Positions 40,035 to 50,510 are shown, counted from the first letter of the whole stretch. The stretch is 63,590 bases of DNA, filler included, from Theionarchaea archaeon (GCA_018992565.1; 6 parts of 6 records of this genome joined end to end with filler, not necessarily neighbours in it), one strand, 5' to 3'. Program-made: numbers and translations. The notes: generated by a model from the sequence alone, not told the origin.

Positions 40035-41042
40035 TCATATGAATCGGTAAATGTCTCCTTTGAACTGTCCTCTGCCCAGCTCTTCCTCTATCTTTTTCAG
40101 CAAGAGCAGTCTCTTGAAGGTAGAAGGATGAGTAGAAAAGAGATCATTGGCGCCACCGAAAGGAGACCGTTTTGCCTCTTTCTGGATAGCCAGTTCCAGT
40201 TCATGCTCGTCCAGGATGCCATCTCGGTCAAGGTCATACTCCACTTTTCTCCTGATGATAGTCTGGATCTCATCTTTTGATTCCTGAGGATCACCAATGT
40301 AGAAGGCACGCAGTCCTGAGGACTCCTTCTGGGATAGGGACAGCCCGTAGGCGATCTTCGTCAAGGCTGATCGCAAATTGTGCGGTTCTGACGTCAGATA
40401 AGCAGAATATGTATCGGCAAAGTACTCTCTGGACCTGGAAAGGTACAGTACCAGGAGTTCAGAGACAAAATACACCACATACGACAGTACTGCTACTGCA
40501 AGGAGTGAAGCTGCATCTTTTCTTCTGCTTCCTCTGGTCCAGAAAAACCCCCTGGCCAGAACATAAGCAACGAGGGGGACAGCAGAAGCTGCAGTCATGA
40601 TCATCATGTCTTTATGCTTGATGTGTCCCAGTTCGTGGGCTATCACAGCTTCAATTTCCTCAGGCCGGAAATTCCTCAACAATCCCTCATGGACGGCCAG
40701 CGTAGCAGAGGAGGCTGAAGTTCCGAAAACAAAGGCATTTGGGGTCTTATCAGGGACAACAGCAACCTTGGGCGTGGGAATACCTGCTTTCTGGGCCATG
40801 CTGGAGACAGCAGATTCCAGAAAGGCGTTTTCCCCTGTCTTAAGATATTGAAGTCTAGTTGAGGCTTTGATTATGGTGGGAGACAACAACCACTGGGCAA
40901 GGACAACCAGCAGAACAAGAAAGACTGTGATGATGACCCCGAGGTCAAAAATGTATGTAAACAGCGAGACAATGACAAATACCGTTCCAAAGATCAGTAT
41001 CATTGTGATAATCATATTTCGTCGGAGCACTGCAAGTGACAT
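40035..41042 (-). CDS. htpX: HtpX-like M48 zinc metalloprotease with EF-hand-like loop
   Basis: PNAF, AHELGH, SRSREYFAD, FSTHP; DLDRDGILDEHE insert. Confidence 0.93.
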   Translation of the reverse strand: MSLAVLRRNMIITMILIFGTVFVIVSLFTYIFDLGVIITVFLVLLVVLAQWLLSPTIIKASTRLQYLKTGENAFLESAVSSMAQKAGIPTPKVAVVPDKTPNAFVFGTSASSATLAVHEGLLRNFRPEEIEAVIAHELGHIKHKDMMIMTAASAVPLVAYVLARGFFWTRGSRRKDAASLLAVAVLSYVVYFVSELLVLYLSRSREYFADTYSAYLTSEPHNLRSALTKIAYGLSLSQKESSGLRAFYIGDPQESKDEIQTIIRRKVEYDLDRDGILDEHELELAIQKEAKRSPFGGANDLFSTHPSTFKRLLLLKKIEEELGRGQFKGDIYRFI

Positions 41043-41162
41043 AGGCAGAAATTGGATTGGAGAATTTAAAGGTTTTCCATACTGGTTCCAGATGCGCCTC
41101 TATCTACCATCCAGATTTTCACCTATGAAAAGGGTTATTAGGAGACAGGAGCAATAAGTCCC

Positions 41163-41830
41163 ATGGTAGAAATCGTCGAAAAAGTGGACTGCCCAAACTG
41201 TGGGGCTCCCCTCAAGATAAAGGCAGGGGAGATTGTTGTCACCTGCGAATACTGTGGGACTGCTGTCAACTTGAAAGCTGACAAACCCTTTGTTCTCAGC
41301 CATTCTATCATCCCAAATAAGTACTCNNNNNNNNNNNNNNNNNNNNNNNNNNNNNNNNNNNNNNNNNNNNNNNNNNNNNNNNNNNNNNNNNNNNNNNNNN
41401 NNNNNNNNNNNNNNNNNNNNNNNNNNCATTTCCCGAGAGAGAGTATAAGATACCTTTATCCGGGAAGAGTAGCTTCGACCTGTCTCTGGTGCAGGGAGAA
41501 TTTCTCAATGCAGAACTGGACGAGAATGAGGCGAGAACACTGGCAGAGAAAGGTATTGAGGCCAACCAGATGTACCGGATACGGGAGAAGGTAGATACTG
41601 TTGAAGAGAGTCAAACAGACATTGAGATCAAGGATAGTGAATTCCTGCATGCCCCCATCTGGTTCATAGAATACCAGTACCAGGGCAGTACATATCGCGT
41701 GCTGCTGGACGGGTGTACTGGTCAGATCATCACGGGCGATATCCCCTTTGGTGAAAGCACATTCCCCTGGGTATGGCTGGCTGCAGGAGCAGCTATTGTA
41801 ATAGGAATACTCCTGATTCTCCTGTTATGA
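41163..41830 (+). CDS. Double Zn-ribbon protein with C-terminal TM anchor, interrupted by a scaffold gap (41327-41426)
   Basis: CPNCGAPL...CEYCG before the gap; PIW..EY.YQG..Y..LLDG.TG.I..G..P plus TM helix after it. Confidence 0.75.
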
Positions 41831-41932
41831 ACGAGATAAGAACGCATGTCTCTGGAAGGAAACACAACACATTTAAGCACCACAGAAGAAGAGGATGTGC
41901 TCAGCGTGATTCATCCAGGAGCTCTATAACTC

Positions 41933-43165
41933 TTGAAAGGTAAGGTCGATCCTGTGGACGTGATTGTGGTCGGAGCGGGCCCTGCTGGCACAATGGCGGC
42001 AGAGGCTGTGGCCAAGGAAGGATATTCTGTCACCGTTTTTGAGAAAGGACCTTTGAGAAGAGAAAAACCCTGCGGCGGTGGAGTCTCTTACCGTGTGATG
42101 GAAGAATTCAACCTGGACATGACTGCAGATTTCTATGATAGGAGATGTCTCGGCATTTTTCTGTGTTCTCCCAAGCATGATACCATCCGTCTCACTGACA
42201 AGGAGGAGGATGCCGGGTATCTCGTTATGCGAGAGAAGTTTGATTACTGCCTGGTAGAACGGGCCAGGAAGACAGGAGCCCAGTTCAGAGAGAAAACGTA
42301 TGCTCACCCGTATGTAGAGAACGGGAAAATACGGGGCGTGAAAACCACAGAACCCACAGATATGGAAGAAGGTGTCGAAGAATGTGATATTGTTATAGCC
42401 TGTGATGGGACGCCTTCTCATTTTGCTCGAACCCTGAATATTTATAGAGGAAATGATTACAATCAGGCCACAACCTACCAGTACCAGATGCGCATGGACA
42501 ACGCAGAGATTGATGAGATAATCGGGAATAACATGGAAATCTATTTTGGCCATGAGTGGACACCCTACGGGTATTCCTGGATTTTTCCCAAGAAAGGCGT
42601 ACTCACTGTGGGGAACGGGACCTGGCTGTATGCTATTAAGAAGAAAAAGACAAACCTGAAACGCTGCCTGGACAGGTTTATAAGAGAACACCCGGTGGCC
42701 TCAAAGAAGCTGGAACACGCTGAGATCATGTATGCCCAGTCCGCCATGATGGGATTCACCGGTATCGCTTCCCCCATATATCTGGACAATTTCATGCTGG
42801 CAGGGGATGCAGCAGGATTTGTCTCTGTCCCCACGGGAGAAGGAATATATTATTCTATGGTATCAGGACGAATAGCTGGGGAAGTGGCTGTGGAAGCTTT
42901 GAAAGCACATGATACGTCTCACCGCTTCCTGAAGAAGTATAAGAAGAGGACAGATAAGAAAATGGGGGCAGACATGACCTGGGGATACTGGCTGAGACGG
43001 CTTGTCATGGACAAGGAGAGAAGCCAGAATAAATTGGTGGAGGCCTCTTTAAAAGATAAATGGATTTATGACATGACAGGGAGGCTGATTGGTGGAGAAA
43101 TTGGGTATAGGACCTTTCTGATGAAGTATCTAGTGCGGCCTGATAAGTTGATCAAGCTGATGTGA
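41933..43165 (+). CDS. Geranylgeranyl reductase family flavoprotein
   Basis: VVGAGPAG, EKPCGGG, DG, GYSWIFP, GDAAG...P.GEGI. Confidence 0.9.
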   Translation: MKGKVDPVDVIVVGAGPAGTMAAEAVAKEGYSVTVFEKGPLRREKPCGGGVSYRVMEEFNLDMTADFYDRRCLGIFLCSPKHDTIRLTDKEEDAGYLVMREKFDYCLVERARKTGAQFREKTYAHPYVENGKIRGVKTTEPTDMEEGVEECDIVIACDGTPSHFARTLNIYRGNDYNQATTYQYQMRMDNAEIDEIIGNNMEIYFGHEWTPYGYSWIFPKKGVLTVGNGTWLYAIKKKKTNLKRCLDRFIREHPVASKKLEHAEIMYAQSAMMGFTGIASPIYLDNFMLAGDAAGFVSVPTGEGIYYSMVSGRIAGEVAVEALKAHDTSHRFLKKYKKRTDKKMGADMTWGYWLRRLVMDKERSQNKLVEASLKDKWIYDMTGRLIGGEIGYRTFLMKYLVRPDKLIKLM

Positions 43166-43207
43166 TAGTGAATGAAGGCTGTTCAGTCATGCGTGTGAGT
43201 GCGGATA

Positions 43208-44167
43208 TCAGGGTTCTTCATAGGACAGGCCCACCTTCAGTCTCGAGAGGTATGTCTTGAGCTCTTCTTCTCCTGCTGTGGTGATCTCCACAATAGTCCG
43301 TGGACCTTTAGAGAGCAGCCCCTTTTTCATTGATATGTACCCGGACCGTTCCAGGTGGTTCAGGTGGCTGTTCAGGTTCCCCGAGGTTAGCTGTAAGACT
43401 TTCTGGATCTCACTGAATATCATCCGGGGCTTCCTCTTCAACAGGATCATAATCCCCAATCGCACGGGATTGGAGAGCTTTGATTTCGAAGAGAAGAGTG
43501 TTCCAAATTCCCTGGCAACGCTCTCTTCCAGCATCCTCTCTGCATCACGATGTATATGAAAGGAAGCAGCAGCATATGATCCCAGGAAGACGAAAGCAAC
43601 AAAAAGTGAGGAGATCTGTCCGGGGATGAAAAGTGCCACAACTCCAGAACCCAGAAGCACCACTCCCAGCCAGAGCAGTTCCTCATGGTGGTGAGGATTT
43701 CCATAAATTTTCTTCACCGATACGAAGATCAGGATATTACCTGCTGCCATTCCCAGGCAGAACAGCACATGAAAGGGGATCTCAATGGAAGGCGATGCAA
43801 GAAAGAGGAACCCGAACAGGAATCCGAGTATACCCACAATTGACAGGTAGGAGATCCTCTCTCTTTCCCTGAAGGATGCTCTCTCTTCTTCCTCCATTTT
43901 TTCGAGCCCTGTCTTGTGAGCAAGATGAAACCCGCTTCCAACAAAAATGATGTAGGATACAACAAAGAGGACCAACAATCCGCCACTGATCACGTATACA
44001 GGTATATCAACAACTTCCATGATCTGTGAAGAAAAGGATGTAAAGAGAAACAGAACAAAAAAATAGATTCCCAGCAATAGGAAGAGAGTTCCGTGGCTTT
44101 TTCTATACCGATACTCTATGTACCGTTCCACCTTTTCAAAGGCTTCAACTAGTTCTTGATCTCTCAT
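43208..44167 (-). CDS. Membrane protein fused to a C-terminal wHTH regulator
   Basis: About 6 TM helices followed by NPVRLGIM..L......FSEI...LQLTSGNLNSHL..LE..GYI. Confidence 0.85.
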   Translation of the reverse strand: MRDQELVEAFEKVERYIEYRYRKSHGTLFLLLGIYFFVLFLFTSFSSQIMEVVDIPVYVISGGLLVLFVVSYIIFVGSGFHLAHKTGLEKMEEEERASFRERERISYLSIVGILGFLFGFLFLASPSIEIPFHVLFCLGMAAGNILIFVSVKKIYGNPHHHEELLWLGVVLLGSGVVALFIPGQISSLFVAFVFLGSYAAASFHIHRDAERMLEESVAREFGTLFSSKSKLSNPVRLGIMILLKRKPRMIFSEIQKVLQLTSGNLNSHLNHLERSGYISMKKGLLSKGPRTIVEITTAGEEELKTYLSRLKVGLSYEEP

Positions 44168-44238
44168 TCCATACACTTTGCATTACAGAGTTTCTCTTCC
44201 TTTTATAACCAGACCCTAAAAGGTTAACTTGTGATACT

Positions 44239-44895
44239 ATGCATGCACTTGACGTAAGAGATGTGAGCAAATCCTATGGGAATAATCCAGTTCTATCTCA
44301 CGTGAACCTGGCCATTGAGGACGGAGAGTTCTATGCGTTAATGGGACCGAATGGATCAGGAAAAACGACCCTTATTTCAGTTATCGCCTCTGTATGTGCC
44401 CCCAGCAAAGGGGCTGTCACCGTGTACGGGCGACGCAATGCTAAAGAGGTGATCAGTTACGTCCCTCAAGACAACTTCTCTTCTCCTCGGCTCACCGGCA
44501 GGGAGAACCTCATGTACTTTGCCCAGTTATACGGATTCTCCCGAAGAAAGGCCTCTTCTCTGGCTGTATCCATACTGGAGAAGATCAGACTGTCTGCAGT
44601 GGCCCAGGCACAGGTATCCACCTACTCTGGAGGGATGCGGAAGAGGCTGGAAGTGGGGACAGGGCTCTTTCCCGGAACAAAACTCCTCCTCCTGGACGAA
44701 CCCACGACTGGATTGGATCCTTCAGCCCGGAGGGAGTTTCTGGGCATGATCAAGGAAATGAATGAGAATGGAATGACCATCTTCCTTATCACCCACATTG
44801 GTGAAGATGCTGAATTGGCCTCACGGGTGGGGTTCATTGACGAGGGCGTTATCATAGCAGAAGGCACACCAGACACCTTGAAGAAGAGGAGTGGG
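44239..44895 (+). CDS. ABC transporter ATP-binding subunit (3' end in gap)
   Basis: GPNGSGKT, YSGGM, LLLDEPT, ITH. Confidence 0.92.
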
Positions 44896-44995
44896 NNNNN
44901 NNNNNNNNNNNNNNNNNNNNNNNNNNNNNNNNNNNNNNNNNNNNNNNNNNNNNNNNNNNNNNNNNNNNNNNNNNNNNNNNNNNNNNNNNNNNNNN

Positions 44996-45756
44996 TTACT
45001 GCTGTTCTGGAAAAAATCGTGAAAGAATCTCTGAGAGACAGAGTTATCTTGTTTTTCACCTTTGCCATACCCATGTTCTTCGTGTTGATAATGCCCTTCA
45101 TGTGGGGGGATGCCCCTCAGGAACTCATGCCGCCATTGAAGGGGGGGTTGTGCCTGACCATGATCACTTTCATGATGATGGTTGCAGGGCAGTCCAATCT
45201 GGCGGGGTTCATTGCAAGCGATAGAGAACGGGGATTGTACCTCAGGATAATTTCAATGCCTGTCACCCCTCTGAAGGAAGCACTTGGAAGGATTTCCGGG
45301 ATCGTTGTCTTCTCTCTACTAGGAGCAGGGTTAGTGTTCATTGTTGGAATCCTGTATGGAGCTGAATTCACAGGAGGGACAACTGATGTGGTGGAGTCAC
45401 TGGGATTTTTTGTGCTGATTATGGTGGCATCCACAGGTATCGGTCTCATCATTGCTTCTGTTGTCAAGGGAGAATCTGCTGCAACACATACCGGGATCGC
45501 GTTGACATTGTTGACAGCCTTTGTGGGTGGCATGTTTGCGCCCTATCCAATGCTTCCCTCGTTCCTGCAGGTAGTTGCCAGGATTCATCCTGTCGCTTCA
45601 GCCAATGCAAGTATTGTCTATCTGCTCCAGGGGGAACTGGTTTCATACTACAACCCTCTTACTCAGTGGCAGGTGATCCTGACAATTATGGGATCATGTG
45701 CTCTCTTTGCAGCAGGGGTGGCTATGTATTCGAAATTATGCTGGAGGAGAAGGTAA
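44996..45756 (+). CDS. ABC-2 type permease (5' end in gap)
   Basis: Six TM helices, DRERG, GGMF.P...LP. Confidence 0.9.
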
Positions 45757-46358
45757 TGATAGCAAGGAAGAAGCTTCAATGCAGTGTTTTTGAGGATGAA
45801 GAAAGAGCACGGAAGTACAGTAAGGAGAGTGGGAAGTGGATGGAAGGCATGGCGAGAGAATTCATTGCTGCAGCACACGAGTGGGGAATTTCACGTGGCA
45901 GGATCCTGGATGTTGGTACGGGACCCGGAGTTCTGGCTATTGCATTCGCCAGGAACATGCCCGAGGTTGAGGTAGTGGGGCTTGACCTATCGGAAGTGGT
46001 GCTTGCTGTAGCAGAGGAAAATGCCCAGAAAAACGGTGTGTCTTCAAGGGTATCGTTCGAACGAGGAGATGCCCAGGACATGCCTTTTGACAGTGTATTT
46101 GATCTGGTGATCAGCAGCAATACGCTCCATTTAGTGGAGAATCCTGTGAACATGTTCAATGAAATTCAGCGGGTTCTCAAACCCGGAGGCAAGTTTTTCA
46201 TGAGTGATTTCAGGAGGTCTTTCCTGGGGCTCTTGACGGCACACATCAGAGCCTCATATTCTCTGGGGGAAGTGAGTGCGTTACTGGCTCAATCGGATCT
46301 GGAGGACTGGCAGATCAAGGATTCTTTTCTCTGGTTGAAGATACTGTCAGCAGTGTGA
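45756..46358 (+). CDS. Class I SAM-dependent methyltransferase
   Basis: ILDVGTGPG, GLDLS, GDA..MPF, RVLKPGG; TAATG overlap with the permease. Confidence 0.9.
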   Translation: MIARKKLQCSVFEDEERARKYSKESGKWMEGMAREFIAAAHEWGISRGRILDVGTGPGVLAIAFARNMPEVEVVGLDLSEVVLAVAEENAQKNGVSSRVSFERGDAQDMPFDSVFDLVISSNTLHLVENPVNMFNEIQRVLKPGGKFFMSDFRRSFLGLLTAHIRASYSLGEVSALLAQSDLEDWQIKDSFLWLKILSAV

Positions 46359-46369
46359 AAGGGATGTCC

Positions 46370-46469
46370 NNNNNNNNNNNNNNNNNNNNNNNNNNNNNNN
46401 NNNNNNNNNNNNNTTAATTAATTAANNNNNNNNNNNNNNNNNNNNNNNNNNNNNNNNNNNNNNNNNNNN
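46370..46469. other. Artificial contig linker
   Basis: N44-TTAATTAATTAA-N44. Confidence 0.97.
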
Positions 46470-46510
46470 GCTGCGCGTGATAAAGGTATCTGCTGGACAA
46501 AGGTGAGGTC

Positions 46511-46954
46511 ATGATTGACAATTGGTTATTATGGCTGATTCTTGCTGGCATCCTCGCCATTGGAGAGATATTTACCGAAGGATTCTTCCTGTTCTGGTTT
46601 GCTGTGGGAGCAGCACTGGCGTGCGTTGCAGGATACCTTGGTGTCAGTCCAGTCTGGCAGTGGGGTCTCTTCCTGGTGAGCACTGGCATTCTGCTCTTGA
46701 TATCTCGACGGTTTGCCGATCATTTTACTGGCCAACAGCCTCCTGGAATAGGAGCTGATCGGTATGTCGGCAAGACTGGTATAGTCCTGGTGCGAGTGGA
46801 CAATGCCGGCAACGAGGGGCTGGTGAGAATTGGAAAGGAAGAATGGAGGGCGGACAGCGAAACAGGGGAAATAATACCCGAAGGCACGAAAGTGCATGCT
46901 GTCAGGCTGGATGGAACCCATCTGGTGGTTGCCCCCGCACGGGAGGATGAGTAA
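46511..46954 (+). CDS. Short NfeD (YbbJ-like) protein
   Basis: W.ILA...E....F...W, C-terminal OB fold G.V.I..EEWRA. Confidence 0.9.
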   Translation: MIDNWLLWLILAGILAIGEIFTEGFFLFWFAVGAALACVAGYLGVSPVWQWGLFLVSTGILLLISRRFADHFTGQQPPGIGADRYVGKTGIVLVRVDNAGNEGLVRIGKEEWRADSETGEIIPEGTKVHAVRLDGTHLVVAPAREDE

Positions 46955-47842
46955 ATGATAGAATATCTAGTATTGGGTGTAGTCCTATTTGTGGTTGCAG
47001 CGGCGGCTGTCAAGATTATCAGGCCGTGGCAGAAAGGACTCATTGAGAGACTGGGTAGATATCAGCGGACAGCAGACAGTGGACTGACAATGGTTTTCCC
47101 CTTTGTTGAACGGTTGATAAAAGTTGACATGCGAGAACAGGTGGTGGATGTCCCGCCTCAGGGCGTCATCACCAAGGATAACGTGGTTGTAGAAGTCGAT
47201 GCAGTCATTTACTATGAAGTCACTGACCCTGTAAAGGTCACGTACAATGTAGCCAATTTCTACACTGCAGCTACCAAACTGGCTCAGACGAATCTGAGGA
47301 ACCTGGTAGGAGATCTATCTCTGGATGAATCGCTTACCTCAAGAGAGGTTATCAACACCAAGCTGAGGCAGATTCTTGACGACGCTACTGACAAGTGGGG
47401 CGTCAGAGTATCCCGGGTGGAACTGCAGCGGATTGAACCCCCCAGGGATGTCACTGAAGCCATGCACCGCCAGATGAAGGCGGAACGAGACAAGAGAGCC
47501 ATGATTCTTGAGGCAGAAGGTCAGAAGCAGTCTGCGATCCTGAAGGCCGAAGGACAAGCAGAAGCCATCATGAGAGTGGCAGATGCAAACAAGTACGAGC
47601 GAATGACGGTGGCAGAGGGAGAGGCACGGGCTATAAATACTGTATTCGGTGCCATCCACAAAGGAAACCCTACCAATGATTTGATAGCCATCAAGTATCT
47701 GGAGGCTCTCCAGAAGATTGCAGACGGAAAAGCCTCAAAAGTATTTCTGCCATACGAAGCCAGTGGAATCCTGGCGAGCATTGCTGGAGTCGGAGAGCTT
47801 TTAAAAGAAAAGGTGTCCACTGAAGAACAAGAGAAGACTTAA
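46955..47842 (+). CDS. SPFH/band 7 protein (QmcA/paraslipin type)
   Basis: ERLGRY, VITKDNV, AQTNLRN.VG, QMKAER.KRA.ILEAEG. Confidence 0.93.
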   Translation: MIEYLVLGVVLFVVAAAAVKIIRPWQKGLIERLGRYQRTADSGLTMVFPFVERLIKVDMREQVVDVPPQGVITKDNVVVEVDAVIYYEVTDPVKVTYNVANFYTAATKLAQTNLRNLVGDLSLDESLTSREVINTKLRQILDDATDKWGVRVSRVELQRIEPPRDVTEAMHRQMKAERDKRAMILEAEGQKQSAILKAEGQAEAIMRVADANKYERMTVAEGEARAINTVFGAIHKGNPTNDLIAIKYLEALQKIADGKASKVFLPYEASGILASIAGVGELLKEKVSTEEQEKT

Positions 47843-48000
47843 TCTTTTTTCTCTTCTATTTTTTTGCCACGTTCCGCTTTTTGAGTGTCGTGAGATATCT
47901 CTCCATGAACAGGGGCGTGCAACCAGTACTCTCTTCATGCACTCCTTCTCTTCTGTCAGCACGTATCGAATATTTCATGGCCTGAAGTTCCTCCTTTTAA

Positions 48001-48045
48001 GAGAACCTTTATAAAGCCGAGGTTCCTTCTCTAAAAGAGAGGTGA
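48001..48045 (+). promoter_or_regulatory. tbp promoter and RBS
   Basis: GAGAACCTTTATAAA at 48001-48015; GAGGTGA at 48039-48045. Confidence 0.7.
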
Positions 48046-48049
48046 ATAG

Positions 48050-49003
48050 ATGGAGAACGTCAAGATACAAAACGTTGTTACATCGGCCACCCTGAATGAA
48101 ACCATTGATCTGGAACGAATAGCCACTGCTGTGGAAGATATTGAATACGAACCTGAGCAGTTTCCAGGTTTGGTCCTGCGGCTTGATGATCCGAAGACTG
48201 CTACCCTTGTGTTTGGTTCTGGAAAACTAGTGTGCACAGGGGCAAAGTCACCGGAGGAGTCCAGAAGGGCCATCTACAAGATCATTGATCTACTCAAGAA
48301 GGAAGACACCCCTATTCCTGATCCGGTGTGGCAGGTGCGATGGAGTGGTGACGGCGCTGAACACGCATTCGAGGGAACAATAACCGCTCAGTCCATCAAG
48401 AATGTAAAGTACGTAGATGAAGAGCAGAGAAAAAAAGAGCTCAAGAAAGACAAGATAAAAAACGATAAGAATACTATCACCTTTACAGGGTCTGCATTGG
48501 AGGGTCAAAGAGGTATTAATTTTGAAGCTGAAGGTGTTATTACCTTTGATATCAAGGTGGACTCCGAGTACAAGCCTGAATCTGTCTTTGTGGGTAAGAA
48601 TAAGACCAACCCTCCTGAAATCCCCTTTGAACTGAGAGAACAGCCCACGCTGTCGGGACTGGATTCCATAAATCCCGCTCGTGAACCTCGCCACATTCCC
48701 GGGGAAGATGCAGGGGTATTCGTGTGGTTCAGAGGACCTGAGATTGTTGTTCAAAATATTGTGGCTTCTGCAGACCTGGGTGTTGAATTAAACTTAGATG
48801 CAATTGTCTTTGGTCTTCCCAACTGTGAATATGAGCCTGAACAATTTCCAGGGCTAATCTACAGGTTGAAAAAACCCAAAGTAGTTCTCTTGTTGTTTGG
48901 TTCAGGTAAGATTGTGTGTACTGGTGCAAAGACTAGAGAAGACGTGGAGAATGCAATAGTTGAAGTCAGGAGAGCACTCAGAAAGATAGGCGTGAAAATG
49001 TGA
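48050..49003 (+). CDS. tbp: TATA-box-binding protein with a ~137-aa internal insertion
   Basis: Two complete TBP repeats (QNVV/QNIV, YEPEQFPGL, FGSGK.VCTGAK) separated by an unrelated segment at aa ~93-229. Confidence 0.95.
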   Translation: MENVKIQNVVTSATLNETIDLERIATAVEDIEYEPEQFPGLVLRLDDPKTATLVFGSGKLVCTGAKSPEESRRAIYKIIDLLKKEDTPIPDPVWQVRWSGDGAEHAFEGTITAQSIKNVKYVDEEQRKKELKKDKIKNDKNTITFTGSALEGQRGINFEAEGVITFDIKVDSEYKPESVFVGKNKTNPPEIPFELREQPTLSGLDSINPAREPRHIPGEDAGVFVWFRGPEIVVQNIVASADLGVELNLDAIVFGLPNCEYEPEQFPGLIYRLKKPKVVLLLFGSGKIVCTGAKTREDVENAIVEVRRALRKIGVKM

Positions 49004-49007
49004 TCGG

Positions 49008-49727
49008 ATGCAGATACCGTATGCATTCATAGGAAAACTCCTCATTTTCTCTCTTGTTTTCCTTTTCATTGCTGCAGCTATTTCGCTGGTGCTGGGATTC
49101 ATTTTACTGCGAAAAGGAGTCATGATTTTACCCAGATTCGTCCTGTATGTTATCGACAGTCTGTATTTTCTGCTGAAGAAGCTAGTCCGCCTTGTGGGAC
49201 TGAGTGAACGGTTTGTTGACGAAATAGGTATTGAAATACGCAACAGAACCTATGAGAAAGGATTCACCAAATCACGAGCAGACGGAAGGATTCTGGTCTT
49301 CCCTCAGTGCCTTCGCAGCCCCAAGTGTCCTGGTCCTCTGACCCAGTACGGGATTCAATGCAAGATGTGCGGACAGTGTGTCATAGGGGACTTGAAGAAG
49401 AAAGCGGAAGCTGTGGGGTATAAGGTGTACATTGTACCAGGAGGAAGTTTTGTAAAGCGTATCGCGAAAAAAGACAGGCCCACAGGAGCTCTGGGTGTGG
49501 CCTGTGGATATGAGCTCAACTATAGTATGATGGAGATTTCAGCTCTCTGCCCCGTACAGGGTGTTCCTCTCTTAAAAGATGGATGCTACTGCACCAAAGT
49601 GGATGAAGAACTGGTTCTGGAAAAGCTGTTGCTGGGCATCACCGAGACATCTGCAGAAAGAGAAGAACCTGAGGAAGAAGGAAGAGAAGAGGGAGAGAGG
49701 CACAAGGCTCCCAAGGTGACAGTATGA
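49008..49727 (+). CDS. DUF116 family protein
   Basis: N-terminal TM, PQCLR, C..CGQC.IG, VPGGS, GVAC..EL, GC. Confidence 0.88.
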   Translation: MQIPYAFIGKLLIFSLVFLFIAAAISLVLGFILLRKGVMILPRFVLYVIDSLYFLLKKLVRLVGLSERFVDEIGIEIRNRTYEKGFTKSRADGRILVFPQCLRSPKCPGPLTQYGIQCKMCGQCVIGDLKKKAEAVGYKVYIVPGGSFVKRIAKKDRPTGALGVACGYELNYSMMEISALCPVQGVPLLKDGCYCTKVDEELVLEKLLLGITETSAEREEPEEEGREEGERHKAPKVTV

Positions 49728-50509
49728 CGGTGATAACTGATAACCACATGCACCTGGACAAGAAAGGGTTATACCTGGAGGCTGTGCACCAGTTCAAGAG
49801 AGCGGGAGGAGGACGGATTATCCTGGTTCAGAAACCAGGGTTTCCCCAGACTATAGAAGAATTTGTACAGCAGGTTGAACAGACACTGACCATGTGTCAG
49901 GAAGTGAGGCAAATTGTGGAATGTTACCCTGTGGTGGGGTTGCATCCGGCTGAATTTGACAGGTTGTTCAACAAGGGGAAAGAGGACGTATGTTATCAGG
50001 CCCTGGATACTGTAGAATTGTATATACAGGAAAAAAAGGTTGTGGGTATGGGAGAATTCGGGAGACCACATTATCCTGTCTCAGAGCAGACCTATCAGGC
50101 TTCCCATGAATACATGATCCAAGCGTTGATACGTTCCCGGGAACTTGACTGTCCCATCCAGCTGCACACTGAATCACTGGATAGTGCTGGCATTGAAGCT
50201 CTTGACAGATTGATTAAGGAACTGGGCTGCTCACGCGTTATTAAGCATTTTGCTCCTCCCATTCCTGAGTATGACAGCATGACCCCTTCCATTCTGGCCA
50301 CTGAGTCCAATATCACCCAGGCTGTAACCTCCGGGATGAAGTTCTTCATGGAGACTGATTACATAGATGACCCACGGAGACCGGGTGCAGTGCTGGGTCC
50401 AAAGACTGTTCCCAGGACCACATTGAAGCTTCTGGCTGAAGGCGTTCTCACTGAGGACATGGTGGTCCGAATCCACGACCAGGATATACCCTCGCTGTAC
50501 AACCTGTGA
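49724..50509 (+). CDS. TatD-related metal-dependent hydrolase
   Basis: DNHMH, GLHPAE, GEFGRPHY, QLHTE, METDYIDDPRRPGAVLGP. Confidence 0.9.
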   Translation: MTVITDNHMHLDKKGLYLEAVHQFKRAGGGRIILVQKPGFPQTIEEFVQQVEQTLTMCQEVRQIVECYPVVGLHPAEFDRLFNKGKEDVCYQALDTVELYIQEKKVVGMGEFGRPHYPVSEQTYQASHEYMIQALIRSRELDCPIQLHTESLDSAGIEALDRLIKELGCSRVIKHFAPPIPEYDSMTPSILATESNITQAVTSGMKFFMETDYIDDPRRPGAVLGPKTVPRTTLKLLAEGVLTEDMVVRIHDQDIPSLYNL

Positions 50510-50510
50510 A

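Noticed and set aside
41163..41830. Apparent frameshift or split Zn-ribbon gene
   Set aside because: The frame change coincides with the 100-N scaffold gap.
44239..45756. Apparent 505-aa ABC ATPase-permease fusion in the ORF track
   Set aside because: The frame only runs through a 100-N gap of unknown true length. Two separate genes are the simpler reading.
48326..48736. TBP insert as an intein or intron
   Set aside because: There is no Cys/Ser start, TxxH block, His-Asn end or LAGLIDADG motif. It is in frame and protein-like, and I saw no obvious BHB at its ends by eye.
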